Source of the DNA: an uncultured Acidobacteriota bacterium
Lineage (GTDB): Bacteria; Acidobacteriota; Terriglobia; Terriglobales; Acidobacteriaceae
Assembly (NCBI GenBank): GCA_963729915.1
Contig: CAVSQE010000019.1
Span: 42,292 to 106,291, forward strand
DNA length: 64,000 nt
Direction: 5' to 3'
The position numbers and the translations under genes were made by a program. The notes beneath the pieces are model-generated. The model searched no databases and had not been told where the DNA came from. It saw only the letters and a list, made by a program, of their open reading frames with translations. Positions 18,886 through 27,885 of the stretch are shown here, piece by piece (within the stretch, counting starts at the first letter, position 1; the number at the start of each line of letters is the position of its first letter).

Positions 18886-19362
18886 ATGAAAACCCATCGC
18901 ATCGTTCTCACCGGGCTCCTTGCACTATGCGGCACACTGGCGACATGCCTTCCCTCGCAAACTCAGGCACAGACGAATTCGGACATTGCAAAGAATGCCT
19001 TTGCAGTCACTGTGCCGATCAACATCAACAATTTCGTCTTCACTCCGGTCACCATTCCGGCGGGAAAACGGCTGGTTATCCAAAACGTGAGCCTTTCGGG
19101 TGCTGCGCAGACCACTGGCGCCTATGTAGTGCCAATCGTCATCCTTGATGCAACACTTGGCTCCGAAGGGCAAAACCTCTACTACTATGCGCCCAGTCCC
19201 TACGTCACCGATCCCTCACAGTTCTATTTAAGCCAGCCGACGACGGTCTATGCCGATACCTTGAACGTGGCGCCGGCGTTCGCAGGTTTTACCCCGTCCT
19301 TTATGTCGTTTAATGTGGTGATCACGGGGTATCTGGTCGAGCTGCCCCCCGCCCCCAAGTAG
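18886..19362 (+). CDS. Small secreted hypothetical protein (158 aa)
   Basis: ATG at 18886 preceded by gggagg. Signal peptide MKTHRIVLTGLLALCGTLATCLPSQTQAQ. No recognised domain. Confidence 0.55.
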   Translation: MKTHRIVLTGLLALCGTLATCLPSQTQAQTNSDIAKNAFAVTVPININNFVFTPVTIPAGKRLVIQNVSLSGAAQTTGAYVVPIVILDATLGSEGQNLYYYAPSPYVTDPSQFYLSQPTTVYADTLNVAPAFAGFTPSFMSFNVVITGYLVELPPAPK

Positions 19363-19400
19363 TCCAATCTCATCACCATCCCCATTTCACCTGCCGGTGT

Positions 19401-19431
19401 GCATGGACAGCTTCTCCCTCGCTGTCCATGC
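19401..19431 (+). terminator. Hairpin downstream of the secreted ORF
   Basis: Perfect 10-bp stem GCATGGACAG/CTGTCCATGC with an 11-nt loop. No T-run. Confidence 0.4.
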
Positions 19432-19454
19432 GCATTGGAGTTGTGGGTACACCG

Positions 19455-19523
19455 TTCCGCGAAGTGGCTCGGACTGCGAAGCAGTTGCGGGCAGAGGAGC
19501 GGCCGAGGATTACCGGGAAGCAG
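19455..19523 (+). repeat. Direct repeat copy 2: relic copy of a dipeptidase 3' end (FREVARTAKQLRAEERPRITGKQ*)
   Basis: 81% identical to 18541-18609, and in frame it ends with a TAG stop. Confidence 0.8.
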
Positions 19524-19645
19524 TAGACGGTTGTCAGCTTTCAGGGATCAATGAGCAGGCGTCACGGTTCGATATTGCAGCTTGCATCCCGGCCCCTGCA
19601 CCTTATACTGGCTTATCGTTCAATTCCCTTCCCGGAGAATGAAAA

Positions 19646-21283
19646 ATGAACCTATTGCAGCGGCGGTTTGCCATCCTGATGGCAGCAGCAGCGCTCATCC
19701 TTGTGGGGTCAGTTTGCGCGCAAGACGACAAGACAGCGGCGAAGCCCGCGACTACGGACAAAGCCACGGAGCCGGCACCTCCGCCGCCCGACTCGACCAC
19801 GCAAGGCACGATCGACGTGGGCGGGCAACACATTGCGTACACCGCCATTGCCGGAACCATCACGGTGGGCTCGACCGATGAGCAGGATGCGCAGCTGGGG
19901 GCGGACGGAAAACCGCAGCCGGGAAGCCAATTGGCGCTGGAAGAGCCGGACAAAGCCAAGGATGCTCCGCCTGTGGCGCGGATGTTCTACGTGGCGTACT
20001 TCAAGAAAGACGCCAGGGCCGAGGATCGGCCCATCACGTTCTTTTATAACGGCGGCCCGGGCAGCTCCACGGTTTGGCTGCACATGGGATCGCTGGGACC
20101 GAAGCATGTAGTGACGGCCGGCGACACGCACCTGCCCGCCGCGCCCTACACGATGGTGGACAACCCCAACAGCCTGCTGGATGTAAGCGACCTGGTGTTT
20201 ATCGACATGCCCGGAACCGGGTTCGGGCGCTTGATCGGCAAAGACGGCGGCAAGGCTTTCTGGGGGATCGACGGCGACGCCTCCGCGTTTGCGCGTTTCA
20301 TTGAGCGCTTCATCACCAAGTATTCACGGTGGAATTCACCCAAGTTCATCTTCGGCGAGAGCTACGGGACCACACGCTCGGCGGTACTGTCCGATCTACT
20401 GGAAAACAAATACGACACCGACCTGAACGGCGTGATCCTGCTTTCGCAAATTTTTAACTTCACCACCGACATCGATGGGCCCGGCGCGAATCCCGGCGTG
20501 GACCAGCCCTATGTGCTGGGCCTGCCCACCTACGCCGCCACGGCGTGGTATCACAAGAAACTTCCCACGCAGCCTGCCGCACTGGAGCCGTTTTTGACCG
20601 AGGTCGAGCAGTTTGCCATGGGCCCCTACGCGCATGCACTGGCGCTGGGCACGGACCTGGGAGCGGACGAGAAACAGCAGGTGGCAGAGAAGCTGCATGA
20701 ATACACCGGATTACCCGTGGCCTATCTACTCAAAGCAAATCTACGGGTGAGCGGTCCCGAGTTCGAGAAAACCTTGCAGGACGATTCGGACATGACAACG
20801 GGGCGCCTAGATACGCGCTTCTCCGGGCCCAATCTGGATCCGCTGAGCGAGAACGCGGAGTACGATCCGCAGAGCTCGGCCATTTCTTCGGCGTACGTAT
20901 CGCTCTTCAACAACTACGTGCGCCACGACCTGAAATATGGCGACGGACTGACGTATGTGCCGGAGGTCTACGGCGAAGAGCACTGGGACTTCAAGCACAA
21001 CGGCAACACGGTGAGCGTGAACGTGGCGCCGGACCTGGCGGAAGCAATGAAGACGAATCCGCGGCTGAAGGTGATGGTGAATGGCGGCTACTATGACTTG
21101 GCAACGCCGTTTTTTGCCGCACAGTACGAAGACAAGCACCTGCCGATTCCGCAGCCGCTGGCCAAGAATATTGAATACGACTGGTACGAGTCTGGACACA
21201 TGGTCTACGTGCGAGATGAATGCGTAAAGCAGTTGCACGACCGCGTGGCCGCGTTCATTTCGAGTACGGATGCGGGAAAATAG
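19646..21283 (+). CDS. Serine carboxypeptidase, peptidase family S10 (secreted)
   Basis: FFYNGGPGSSTVWLHMGSLGP and FGESYGTTRS (catalytic Ser motif); signal peptide. Confidence 0.85.
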   Translation: MNLLQRRFAILMAAAALILVGSVCAQDDKTAAKPATTDKATEPAPPPPDSTTQGTIDVGGQHIAYTAIAGTITVGSTDEQDAQLGADGKPQPGSQLALEEPDKAKDAPPVARMFYVAYFKKDARAEDRPITFFYNGGPGSSTVWLHMGSLGPKHVVTAGDTHLPAAPYTMVDNPNSLLDVSDLVFIDMPGTGFGRLIGKDGGKAFWGIDGDASAFARFIERFITKYSRWNSPKFIFGESYGTTRSAVLSDLLENKYDTDLNGVILLSQIFNFTTDIDGPGANPGVDQPYVLGLPTYAATAWYHKKLPTQPAALEPFLTEVEQFAMGPYAHALALGTDLGADEKQQVAEKLHEYTGLPVAYLLKANLRVSGPEFEKTLQDDSDMTTGRLDTRFSGPNLDPLSENAEYDPQSSAISSAYVSLFNNYVRHDLKYGDGLTYVPEVYGEEHWDFKHNGNTVSVNVAPDLAEAMKTNPRLKVMVNGGYYDLATPFFAAQYEDKHLPIPQPLAKNIEYDWYESGHMVYVRDECVKQLHDRVAAFISSTDAGK

Positions 21284-21297
21284 GGCACATGTGTTAG

Positions 21298-21657
21298 GTG
21301 CGACCGATGCCTATCAAGAATGACGCCGATCGGAATAGAGCAGCGGTGTTCTGGCTTCTGTGGGCGATTGGGAGCATCGCACTAGCCCTGAGTGTCTGCT
21401 GTTTCATGCTGGTGGGAGTCGAGATAGAAACGCAGCTCGCGGCGTTTCTCACGATCGAGACCGTCCTAGCGACAGCATTTCTCGTCGGCCGGTGGAATGT
21501 CGAACCGTTAGAAGAGGAAGATTTTGCGGAACGGTGGAAGATCGGCCCTTGGATCATCACCTTCATGCTGATCGAGATTGGTTATTGCGGCCTTGTTATT
21601 TGCTTAGCGATTTGGGCAGTAGTTACGCACCACGAGCCGCCGCCAGGGGCTATTTAA
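21298..21657 (+). CDS. Small integral membrane protein, hypothetical
   Basis: Three to four hydrophobic helices. No recognised domain. Confidence 0.4.
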   Translation: MRPMPIKNDADRNRAAVFWLLWAIGSIALALSVCCFMLVGVEIETQLAAFLTIETVLATAFLVGRWNVEPLEEEDFAERWKIGPWIITFMLIEIGYCGLVICLAIWAVVTHHEPPPGAI

Positions 21658-21673
21658 GATCGGACTCTAGCGG

Positions 21674-23353
21674 TTATGACGCTTTCGCAGCTGGGGCGGC
21701 TTCGTAGACTTCTTTGGCGCGGTCGAGTGCGGCCTGAACGTTGGGCATAATGTTCTCGCGGCCAAGGCGGTCAAGGAAGCGCGTGCCGCTGAGGAGCTTG
21801 GATGGCTGCTCCATGGCGCCACAGAGAATCAGCGTGCGGCCGGATTCATGCAGACGCTTGGAAAATGTCTCGATGGCATGGATGCCGGTGGCATCAATGG
21901 CGGTCATGTTGCGGAGTCGCAGGATCACCACCGCTTCAAACGCTTCGATATTGGCCGTGGCCTCGACGAGTTTTTCCGTGGTACCCCAAAGAAATGGGCC
22001 GTGAATGCGCAGCAGCGAGACGTAGGGCGGGACAATGCGGCCCTGCAAGACGTGCGGCAAGCCGTCGCGGATGTACTCTTCGGTGACCGGAGAGACGGTC
22101 GTGGTGTCGGCAACGCGACGGATATAGAGCAGAGCGGCAAGCCCCAGTCCAACAGCCACGGCAACGGTGAGATCGGCGAAGACCGTGAGCGCAAAGGTGA
22201 CCAGCCAAACCGAGATGGCGGTGAAGTCCAAGCGCAGAATTCCGCCGATCTCGTGCCACTCGCCCATGTTGTAAGCCACGACAAAGAGCACGGCGGCGAG
22301 CGTGGTGAGCGGGATGTAGCTGGCCAACGGCGCAGCCACCAAAAGAATGCCGAGCAGCGTGACAGCGTGAATCATGCCCGAGACGGGCGAGCGCGCGCCT
22401 GCGCGAATGTTGGTGGCCGTGCGCGCGATGGCGCCCGTGGCGGGAATGCCGCCAAACAGCGGAGAAACAACGTTGGCGAATCCCTGGGCAACCAGCTCGA
22501 CGTTGGAGTTGTGGCGATCGCCGGTCATGCCGTCGGCCACGACGGCAGAGAGCATGCTTTCAAGCGCCGCCAGCATGGCCACGGTGAAAGCTGCAGGGAT
22601 GAGGGGCAGAATGTGTTCGGCGTGGAAGTTGGGGATGGCGAAGGGCGGAAAGCCGCGCGGAATACCTCCGAACCTGCTGCCGATAGTCTCGACGGGCAAA
22701 CGAAACCACACGCTGACCGCCGTACAGGCCAGGACCGCGACGATGGAAGCGGGAACGCGGCGGGTGAGGCGCGGCAGAAGGATGAGGATGGCGAGCGTGC
22801 CGAGGCCGAGACCGAGAGCGGAGTGATTGACTGTGGTGAAGTGAGCGGCGAGCACCATCATGCGAGGCAGAAACTCGCTGGGGACAGCTGGCGTGCGAAG
22901 GCCGAAGAAATCCTTGATCTGTGTTGAAGCGATGAGGATGGCGATGCCGTTGGTAAAGCCGACGACCACCATGCGCGGGATAAACTTGACCGCGGCGCCG
23001 AGGCCGGTGAAACCCATGATGAGCAGAATGATTCCGGCCATGAGAGTGACCATGGCAAGGCCACTCATGCCGAAATGGGCTACGATGCCGGCAACAATGA
23101 CGACGAAAGCGCCGGTGGGTCCGCCGATCTGCGTGCGCGAGCCGCCGAGAGCGGAGATGAGAAATCCGGCAACGACGGCTGTATAAAGACCAGCCTGCGG
23201 CGTGACGCCGGAGGCGATGCCGAATGCCATGGCGAGAGGCAGCGCGACCAGGCCAACCGTGATGCCGGCGAGCAGGTCGTGGAAGAACATCTGGGCGGTG
23301 TAGACACGAAGCGCCAGAACCGACTTGGGGAGATTGGGATTGCTTATGGACAT
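21674..23353 (-). CDS. SulP-family inorganic anion (sulfate) transporter with C-terminal STAS domain
   Basis: DLLAGITVGLVALPLAMAFGIASG..., multiple TM helices, and a C-terminal STAS-like VILRLRNMTAIDATGIHAIE. Confidence 0.9.
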   Translation of the reverse strand: MSISNPNLPKSVLALRVYTAQMFFHDLLAGITVGLVALPLAMAFGIASGVTPQAGLYTAVVAGFLISALGGSRTQIGGPTGAFVVIVAGIVAHFGMSGLAMVTLMAGIILLIMGFTGLGAAVKFIPRMVVVGFTNGIAILIASTQIKDFFGLRTPAVPSEFLPRMMVLAAHFTTVNHSALGLGLGTLAILILLPRLTRRVPASIVAVLACTAVSVWFRLPVETIGSRFGGIPRGFPPFAIPNFHAEHILPLIPAAFTVAMLAALESMLSAVVADGMTGDRHNSNVELVAQGFANVVSPLFGGIPATGAIARTATNIRAGARSPVSGMIHAVTLLGILLVAAPLASYIPLTTLAAVLFVVAYNMGEWHEIGGILRLDFTAISVWLVTFALTVFADLTVAVAVGLGLAALLYIRRVADTTTVSPVTEEYIRDGLPHVLQGRIVPPYVSLLRIHGPFLWGTTEKLVEATANIEAFEAVVILRLRNMTAIDATGIHAIETFSKRLHESGRTLILCGAMEQPSKLLSGTRFLDRLGRENIMPNVQAALDRAKEVYEAAPAAKAS

Positions 23354-23405
23354 GGGAACTCATGTCTATTTTACGCGAATCTGAGTTTTCAGTAGTCTTC
23401 GGGGC

Positions 23406-23870
23406 TTAGGCGAACGGCTTTGTGTAGATGAAGGCGGCGCGGTGGCGCGCGTAGTAGTGTTCTTCCCTGCCCCGGCGCGTGTAGCCGCGGCTTTCGTAAA
23501 GATGGATGGCCGCGGCGTTCTCGACATCCACATGCAACGCGATGCTGTGCGCGCTGGCCGCGCGGGCTGAGCTTTCGGCATGGCCCAGCAGCTCCGCACC
23601 GATTCCGCGGCCGCGGAATGCTGGATGCACTTCGAGGGTCTGGATGTAGGCGGCTGACTCGCTTTGCCCGGCCGGCCATTCGACGATGGAAAAGCCGATC
23701 AGATCGATCTTCGGTTCTGGGCCGTCTTCTGCGATCCAGGTTGCCGCTTTGGGGCTTTCAATCAACTGTTGCATGTAGGTGCAGCTGAAGCGGAAAGCCG
23801 GCTCGAAGCAAAGCTCCTCGACCGCGTAGAGGGCGGGAAAGTCGCCGGACTGGTAGAGGCGGTAGCGCAC
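23406..23870 (-). CDS. GNAT-family N-acetyltransferase (RimI-like)
   Basis: Acetyl-CoA binding motif QTLEVHPAFRGRGIGAELL. Confidence 0.85.
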   Translation of the reverse strand: MRYRLYQSGDFPALYAVEELCFEPAFRFSCTYMQQLIESPKAATWIAEDGPEPKIDLIGFSIVEWPAGQSESAAYIQTLEVHPAFRGRGIGAELLGHAESSARAASAHSIALHVDVENAAAIHLYESRGYTRRGREEHYYARHRAAFIYTKPFA

Positions 23871-24025
23871 AGAGAGACTTTACAGGATGGGTGGGGAGAG
23901 TGAATGGGTTAGTGCCTTCCCACCCTTTCCGCGATGAAGCCACGGAAAGGATGCGGCACGGGTCAAATACAGGTCCTTCGGCTCGTCCCGGCACGCCGGG
24001 ACTCGCTCAGGATGACCAAATACTG

Positions 24026-25060
24026 CTAGACCTTGGCTTCGAGATCGGCGATCACGTCGAAGAAGCGCTGATCGAGGCGACGGTTGGTAATGATGGCATC
24101 CTTGATCGGGATGTCGGTGATGTCCAAGCCACGGAGGACAGCGATGCGGCCCCACTTCTCCTCGTGCACCATGTCGATGGCGTGCAGACCATAGCGCTGG
24201 CCGAGCACGCGATCGTAGGCTGTGGGAACGCCGCCGCGTTGCGTGTGGCCGAGATTGACGGAGCGGGTTTCATAGCCGGTTTTCTTCTCGATGAGTTCGG
24301 CGAGAGCTTCGCCGATGCCGGAGAGGCGCGCGTGGCCGAAAGAGTCGACCTCGGCGGAGCCAATCACCTGACCCACTTCGGGCAGATGGCAACCCTCAGC
24401 GGCCACCACGACGCCGTAGTGCTTACCGTGGTCGTAGTTGTACTTGAGCAGAGCGCAGACGTGGTCGATGTCGATGTCCTTCTCAGGAACGAGAATCACG
24501 TGCGCGCCGCCGGCGATACCGGAGGCATAGGCGATCCAGCCGGCGTCGCGGCCCATGACTTCAATGACGACGACGCGGTTATGCGAGTCGGCGGTGGTAT
24601 GGATGCGGTCAACCGCTTCGGTGGCGATGGAAACGGCCGTATCGTAGCCGAAGGTGGCGTCGGTGCCGTTGATGTCGTTGTCGATGGTCTTGGGAACTCC
24701 TACGGCCTTGACGCCGTGTTCGGCGAGGAAAAGCGTGACGGATTGCGTGTCGTCGCCGCCAAGTGCAATGAGGGCGTCAATCTTGTTGGCCTTCAGAACC
24801 TCCTGCGCCTTCTCGATACCGCCAGGAATCTTCTTCACATTGGTGCGCGAGGAGTGCAAGATGGTGCCGCCCTTGAGCTGAATGCCGTCGGTATTTTCGA
24901 GAGTAAGGGGAATGAAATTGTTATCGAGAACGCCGCGCCATCCATTCAAAAATCCGATGAATTCGTCGCCGTAGTGGTTGATGCCCTTTCGGACCGCTGC
25001 ATAAATGACCGCATTCAATCCGGGGCAATCGCCGCCACCGGTCAACAAAGCAACTCGCAT
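24026..25060 (-). CDS. pfkA: 6-phosphofructokinase
   Basis: MRVALLTGGGDCPGLNAVI, GGDDT, MGRDAGWIA. ATG at 25060 preceded by gaggag; the longer ORF to 25159 is unlikely. Confidence 0.88.
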   Translation of the reverse strand: MRVALLTGGGDCPGLNAVIYAAVRKGINHYGDEFIGFLNGWRGVLDNNFIPLTLENTDGIQLKGGTILHSSRTNVKKIPGGIEKAQEVLKANKIDALIALGGDDTQSVTLFLAEHGVKAVGVPKTIDNDINGTDATFGYDTAVSIATEAVDRIHTTADSHNRVVVIEVMGRDAGWIAYASGIAGGAHVILVPEKDIDIDHVCALLKYNYDHGKHYGVVVAAEGCHLPEVGQVIGSAEVDSFGHARLSGIGEALAELIEKKTGYETRSVNLGHTQRGGVPTAYDRVLGQRYGLHAIDMVHEEKWGRIAVLRGLDITDIPIKDAIITNRRLDQRFFDVIADLEAKV

Positions 25061-25257
25061 CGCAAAATCTCCTCGTAGTCTTGCCTCGGCCGTTCTGGCC
25101 GGGCCTGAAATTTGATGGCGTCCAGTGCGGCCGGAGGCGGGGAGATCACCGGCCTTCACGCCTTAGATAGTGTATCGCGGTCCTGTCAATGGAATCGTGA
25201 TCCAGGTTACAAGCGCGCTGTCCTTGGGGTGCAGGTTTCAGGTGTCAGCGTGAATGT

Positions 25258-25298
25258 GAGTGTGAGTGTGGATGCACGGTCCCGGCACACTCACACTC
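25258..25298. promoter_or_regulatory. GT-rich perfect inverted repeat in a divergent promoter region
   Basis: GAGTGTGAGTGTG (25258-25270) / CACACTCACACTC (25286-25298) with a 15-nt spacer. Lies between the pfk start (25060, -) and the 25361 (+) gene. Confidence 0.5.
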
Positions 25299-25360
25299 GC
25301 ACCGCACACTCCTCTCTGGACCCTGCTCCCCATCCCGCCCAGAAAGTGCTTCAATAGGGT

Positions 25361-26017
25361 ATGCCTGAAAACGGCGCGCCGTTTCTGCTTGCGTTCATCG
25401 GCCTGGTCGTCATTGTGCTGCTGGTGCTGTTGCAGCTAACGCGGCTGGGATACCTGATTCGCGCCACCATTCCGGACCGGCCGCGGCAGCGGATGTTCAT
25501 CGCCTCAGTTTCGTTCCTGATTACATTCGCAGGCGTACGGATTCTGGTCCACCGGATTGCGAGCCACGAGGGGCGTATGCAGTGGGTGACATTGCATGGG
25601 ATGCATATTCACCACCTGGTGTGGGGGATTCTGATCCTGCTCCTGGTGGGTTATGGATGGCTGCTCGATCTGGGATGGTCGAATTCGCCGGAGTCGATTT
25701 TTTTTGGTCGCCTGATGGCAGTGAGTTACGGTGTGGGCGCGGCGTTGACGCTGGACGAGTTTGCGCTCTGGCTGAGCCTGGAGCCCGACGCATACTGGAC
25801 GCGCGAAGGCCGGCTGAGCATTGATGCCGTGATCATCTTCGGCTCTATCCTGGCGGTGGGGATGTGGGGTGCCCCGTTTTTTCGTGCTCTCCAGAGGATG
25901 CGCGGCAGGGGGGCGGCGGTGGGCAAAGGCATCGGCCCGCTCGGCTCGCCTATCCGCCGCGGGCGGTTGCTTCGTCGGCGTAAAGTTCGGCGATCACCGC
26001 CGCATATCGCGCAATAA
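25361..26017 (+). CDS. Integral membrane protein, hypothetical
   Basis: Five to six hydrophobic helices and a basic C-terminal tail. The 3' end overlaps the convergent acyl-CoA ligase gene. Confidence 0.5.
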   Translation: MPENGAPFLLAFIGLVVIVLLVLLQLTRLGYLIRATIPDRPRQRMFIASVSFLITFAGVRILVHRIASHEGRMQWVTLHGMHIHHLVWGILILLLVGYGWLLDLGWSNSPESIFFGRLMAVSYGVGAALTLDEFALWLSLEPDAYWTREGRLSIDAVIIFGSILAVGMWGAPFFRALQRMRGRGAAVGKGIGPLGSPIRRGRLLRRRKVRRSPPHIAQ

Positions 26018-27752
26018 GAACGCGGCGCTTGATCTTCATCGACGGCGTGAGCTCGCCGGTGTCCTGGGTCCACTCGTCAGCCAGGATGCGGAAACGTTTG
26101 ATGGTCTCAAAATTAGCCAGAGTTCCGTTGACTTCGCGGATGGCCTCGCCATAGACCTCAACGATGCGCGGATCGGCTACAAGAGCTGCGCGAGAGTCGA
26201 AGTGGACTCCGTGATGCTGTGCCCATTCTTCGAGGGCGGCAAAGTTCGGCGCGATGAGCGCGGAGATGAACTTGTGGCGATCGCCGACCAGCGCTGCATT
26301 GGCGACGAGCAAATGGTTCTTCAGCTTGTTTTCGATGGGCTGAGGCGCGACCATTTTGCCGCCGGAAGTTTTGAGCAGTTCCTTCTTGCGATCGGTGATG
26401 TAGAGAAAACCGTCGGCATCGAGATGGCCGATGTCGCCGGTATGGAACCATCCATGGCTGTCGAAGCACTCGGCCGTGGCAGTTGGCTTGTGCCAGTACC
26501 CGCCGAAGACCGATGGGCCGCGGACCAGCAACTCGCCATCTTCCGCGAGTTTGAGTTCGACGTTGCCAATGGGCATGCCGGCCGCGCCTATGCGGTGCTG
26601 GATAGGCGTGTTGAGCGCAATGACGGGTGAGGTTTCCGTGAGGCCATAGCCTTCCCAGAGAGCGATGCCCGCGGAGGCGAACCAGCGCGCGGTGTCAATG
26701 CCAAGCGGCGCGCCGCCAGAGATGAAGACGCGCACGCGGCCGCCGAAGGCCTCGCGCACTTTGGAGTAGACCAGCTTGTTAGCCAGTTTCCAAAGCAGAG
26801 CGTTGGGCTGGCGGCCATCGTAGACGATATCGGCATAACGCGAGCCGTGATGCACGGCCCATGCGAGAAGACGCTTCTTGATGGGCGATTGCGCCGCGCG
26901 GCGTTCTACTTCCTGGTGGATTTTCTCGAAAACGCGCGGCACGCCGACAATGACCGTGGGCTGAATTTCGCGCATAGCCTGCGGCAGCTTATCGAATTGC
27001 GAACAGTACGCCACCTGGGCGCCGTAGTTGTACATCACGTAATCGAGAACGCGGGCCGTGACGTGAGAGAGCGGCAGGAAAGAGATGCAGGCGTCGGTGG
27101 AGTCGAAGTGGAAGTCGGCAGGAGCGAAGTTCTGGTTGGCGGCGATGTTGCCGTGGGTAAGGGCCACGCCTTTGGGCTCGCCTGTAGTGCCAGAGGTGTA
27201 GATCAGCGTGGCCAGATCGTGCGCCTCAACGGAATGCGCAAGAGCATCGAAGACGGGATCGCGCTCAGGGCCGAGCGTATTGGCATTGCCGAGCAGCGCG
27301 CTCATGGCGATGGCGCCTTCGGGAGCCGGAGCATCCATCATGACGATGCGCTCAAGTTGGGTCTGGTCGCGCACGGAGAGAAGCTTGTCGAATTGCAGCC
27401 GCGTGGAGACGACCGCGATGCGGCAACCGGCGTCGCGAATCTGCTCGGCAATTTGCTCACCGGTGAGCGTGGGATAGAGAGGCACATCGGCCGCACCAAT
27501 GGCCAGCGTGGCAAAATCCGCGATCAACCACTCCCAGCGATTTTCGCTGATGAGTGCGATGCGGTCACCCTTTTTCGCGCCGAACTGGAGAAAGGCGGTG
27601 GCCAGTGCGCGGACGCGCTGGTAGATCTGATCGGAAGAGAGCGGGTGCCACTCATTGAACTCGTCCTGCCAAAGAACCGCGCGCGGATTGGCAGCCGACG
27701 CCACGCGAAAGAAAAGGTCATTGAGCGTCGTGATCTGAGGGACAGGCATCAT
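25950..27752 (-). CDS. Long-chain fatty acid-CoA ligase (AMP-dependent synthetase)
   Basis: AMP-binding motif IYTSGTTGEPKGV, plus GYGLTETS and TGDIG..DADGFLYITDRKKE. Confidence 0.88.
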   Translation of the reverse strand: MMPVPQITTLNDLFFRVASAANPRAVLWQDEFNEWHPLSSDQIYQRVRALATAFLQFGAKKGDRIALISENRWEWLIADFATLAIGAADVPLYPTLTGEQIAEQIRDAGCRIAVVSTRLQFDKLLSVRDQTQLERIVMMDAPAPEGAIAMSALLGNANTLGPERDPVFDALAHSVEAHDLATLIYTSGTTGEPKGVALTHGNIAANQNFAPADFHFDSTDACISFLPLSHVTARVLDYVMYNYGAQVAYCSQFDKLPQAMREIQPTVIVGVPRVFEKIHQEVERRAAQSPIKKRLLAWAVHHGSRYADIVYDGRQPNALLWKLANKLVYSKVREAFGGRVRVFISGGAPLGIDTARWFASAGIALWEGYGLTETSPVIALNTPIQHRIGAAGMPIGNVELKLAEDGELLVRGPSVFGGYWHKPTATAECFDSHGWFHTGDIGHLDADGFLYITDRKKELLKTSGGKMVAPQPIENKLKNHLLVANAALVGDRHKFISALIAPNFAALEEWAQHHGVHFDSRAALVADPRIVEVYGEAIREVNGTLANFETIKRFRILADEWTQDTGELTPSMKIKRRVLIARYAAVIAELYADEATARGG

Positions 27753-27885
27753 TGTCTTCGGGAACGAACTATCCTAGCACGCGGACCATGCGAGTGTACC
27801 ATTTGAACTCCGCGCTCTAAGTTATAGACTGCAATCAGCGGCATTTTGATCTTCCCTCAGAACGGGGCCCCTTTCATCGTTCAAG

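Noticed and set aside
19397-19642. 81-aa ORF between the secreted ORFan and the S10 peptidase gene
   Set aside because: It overlaps the relic dipeptidase 3'-end repeat in a different frame and has no RBS or motifs. It is probably non-coding.
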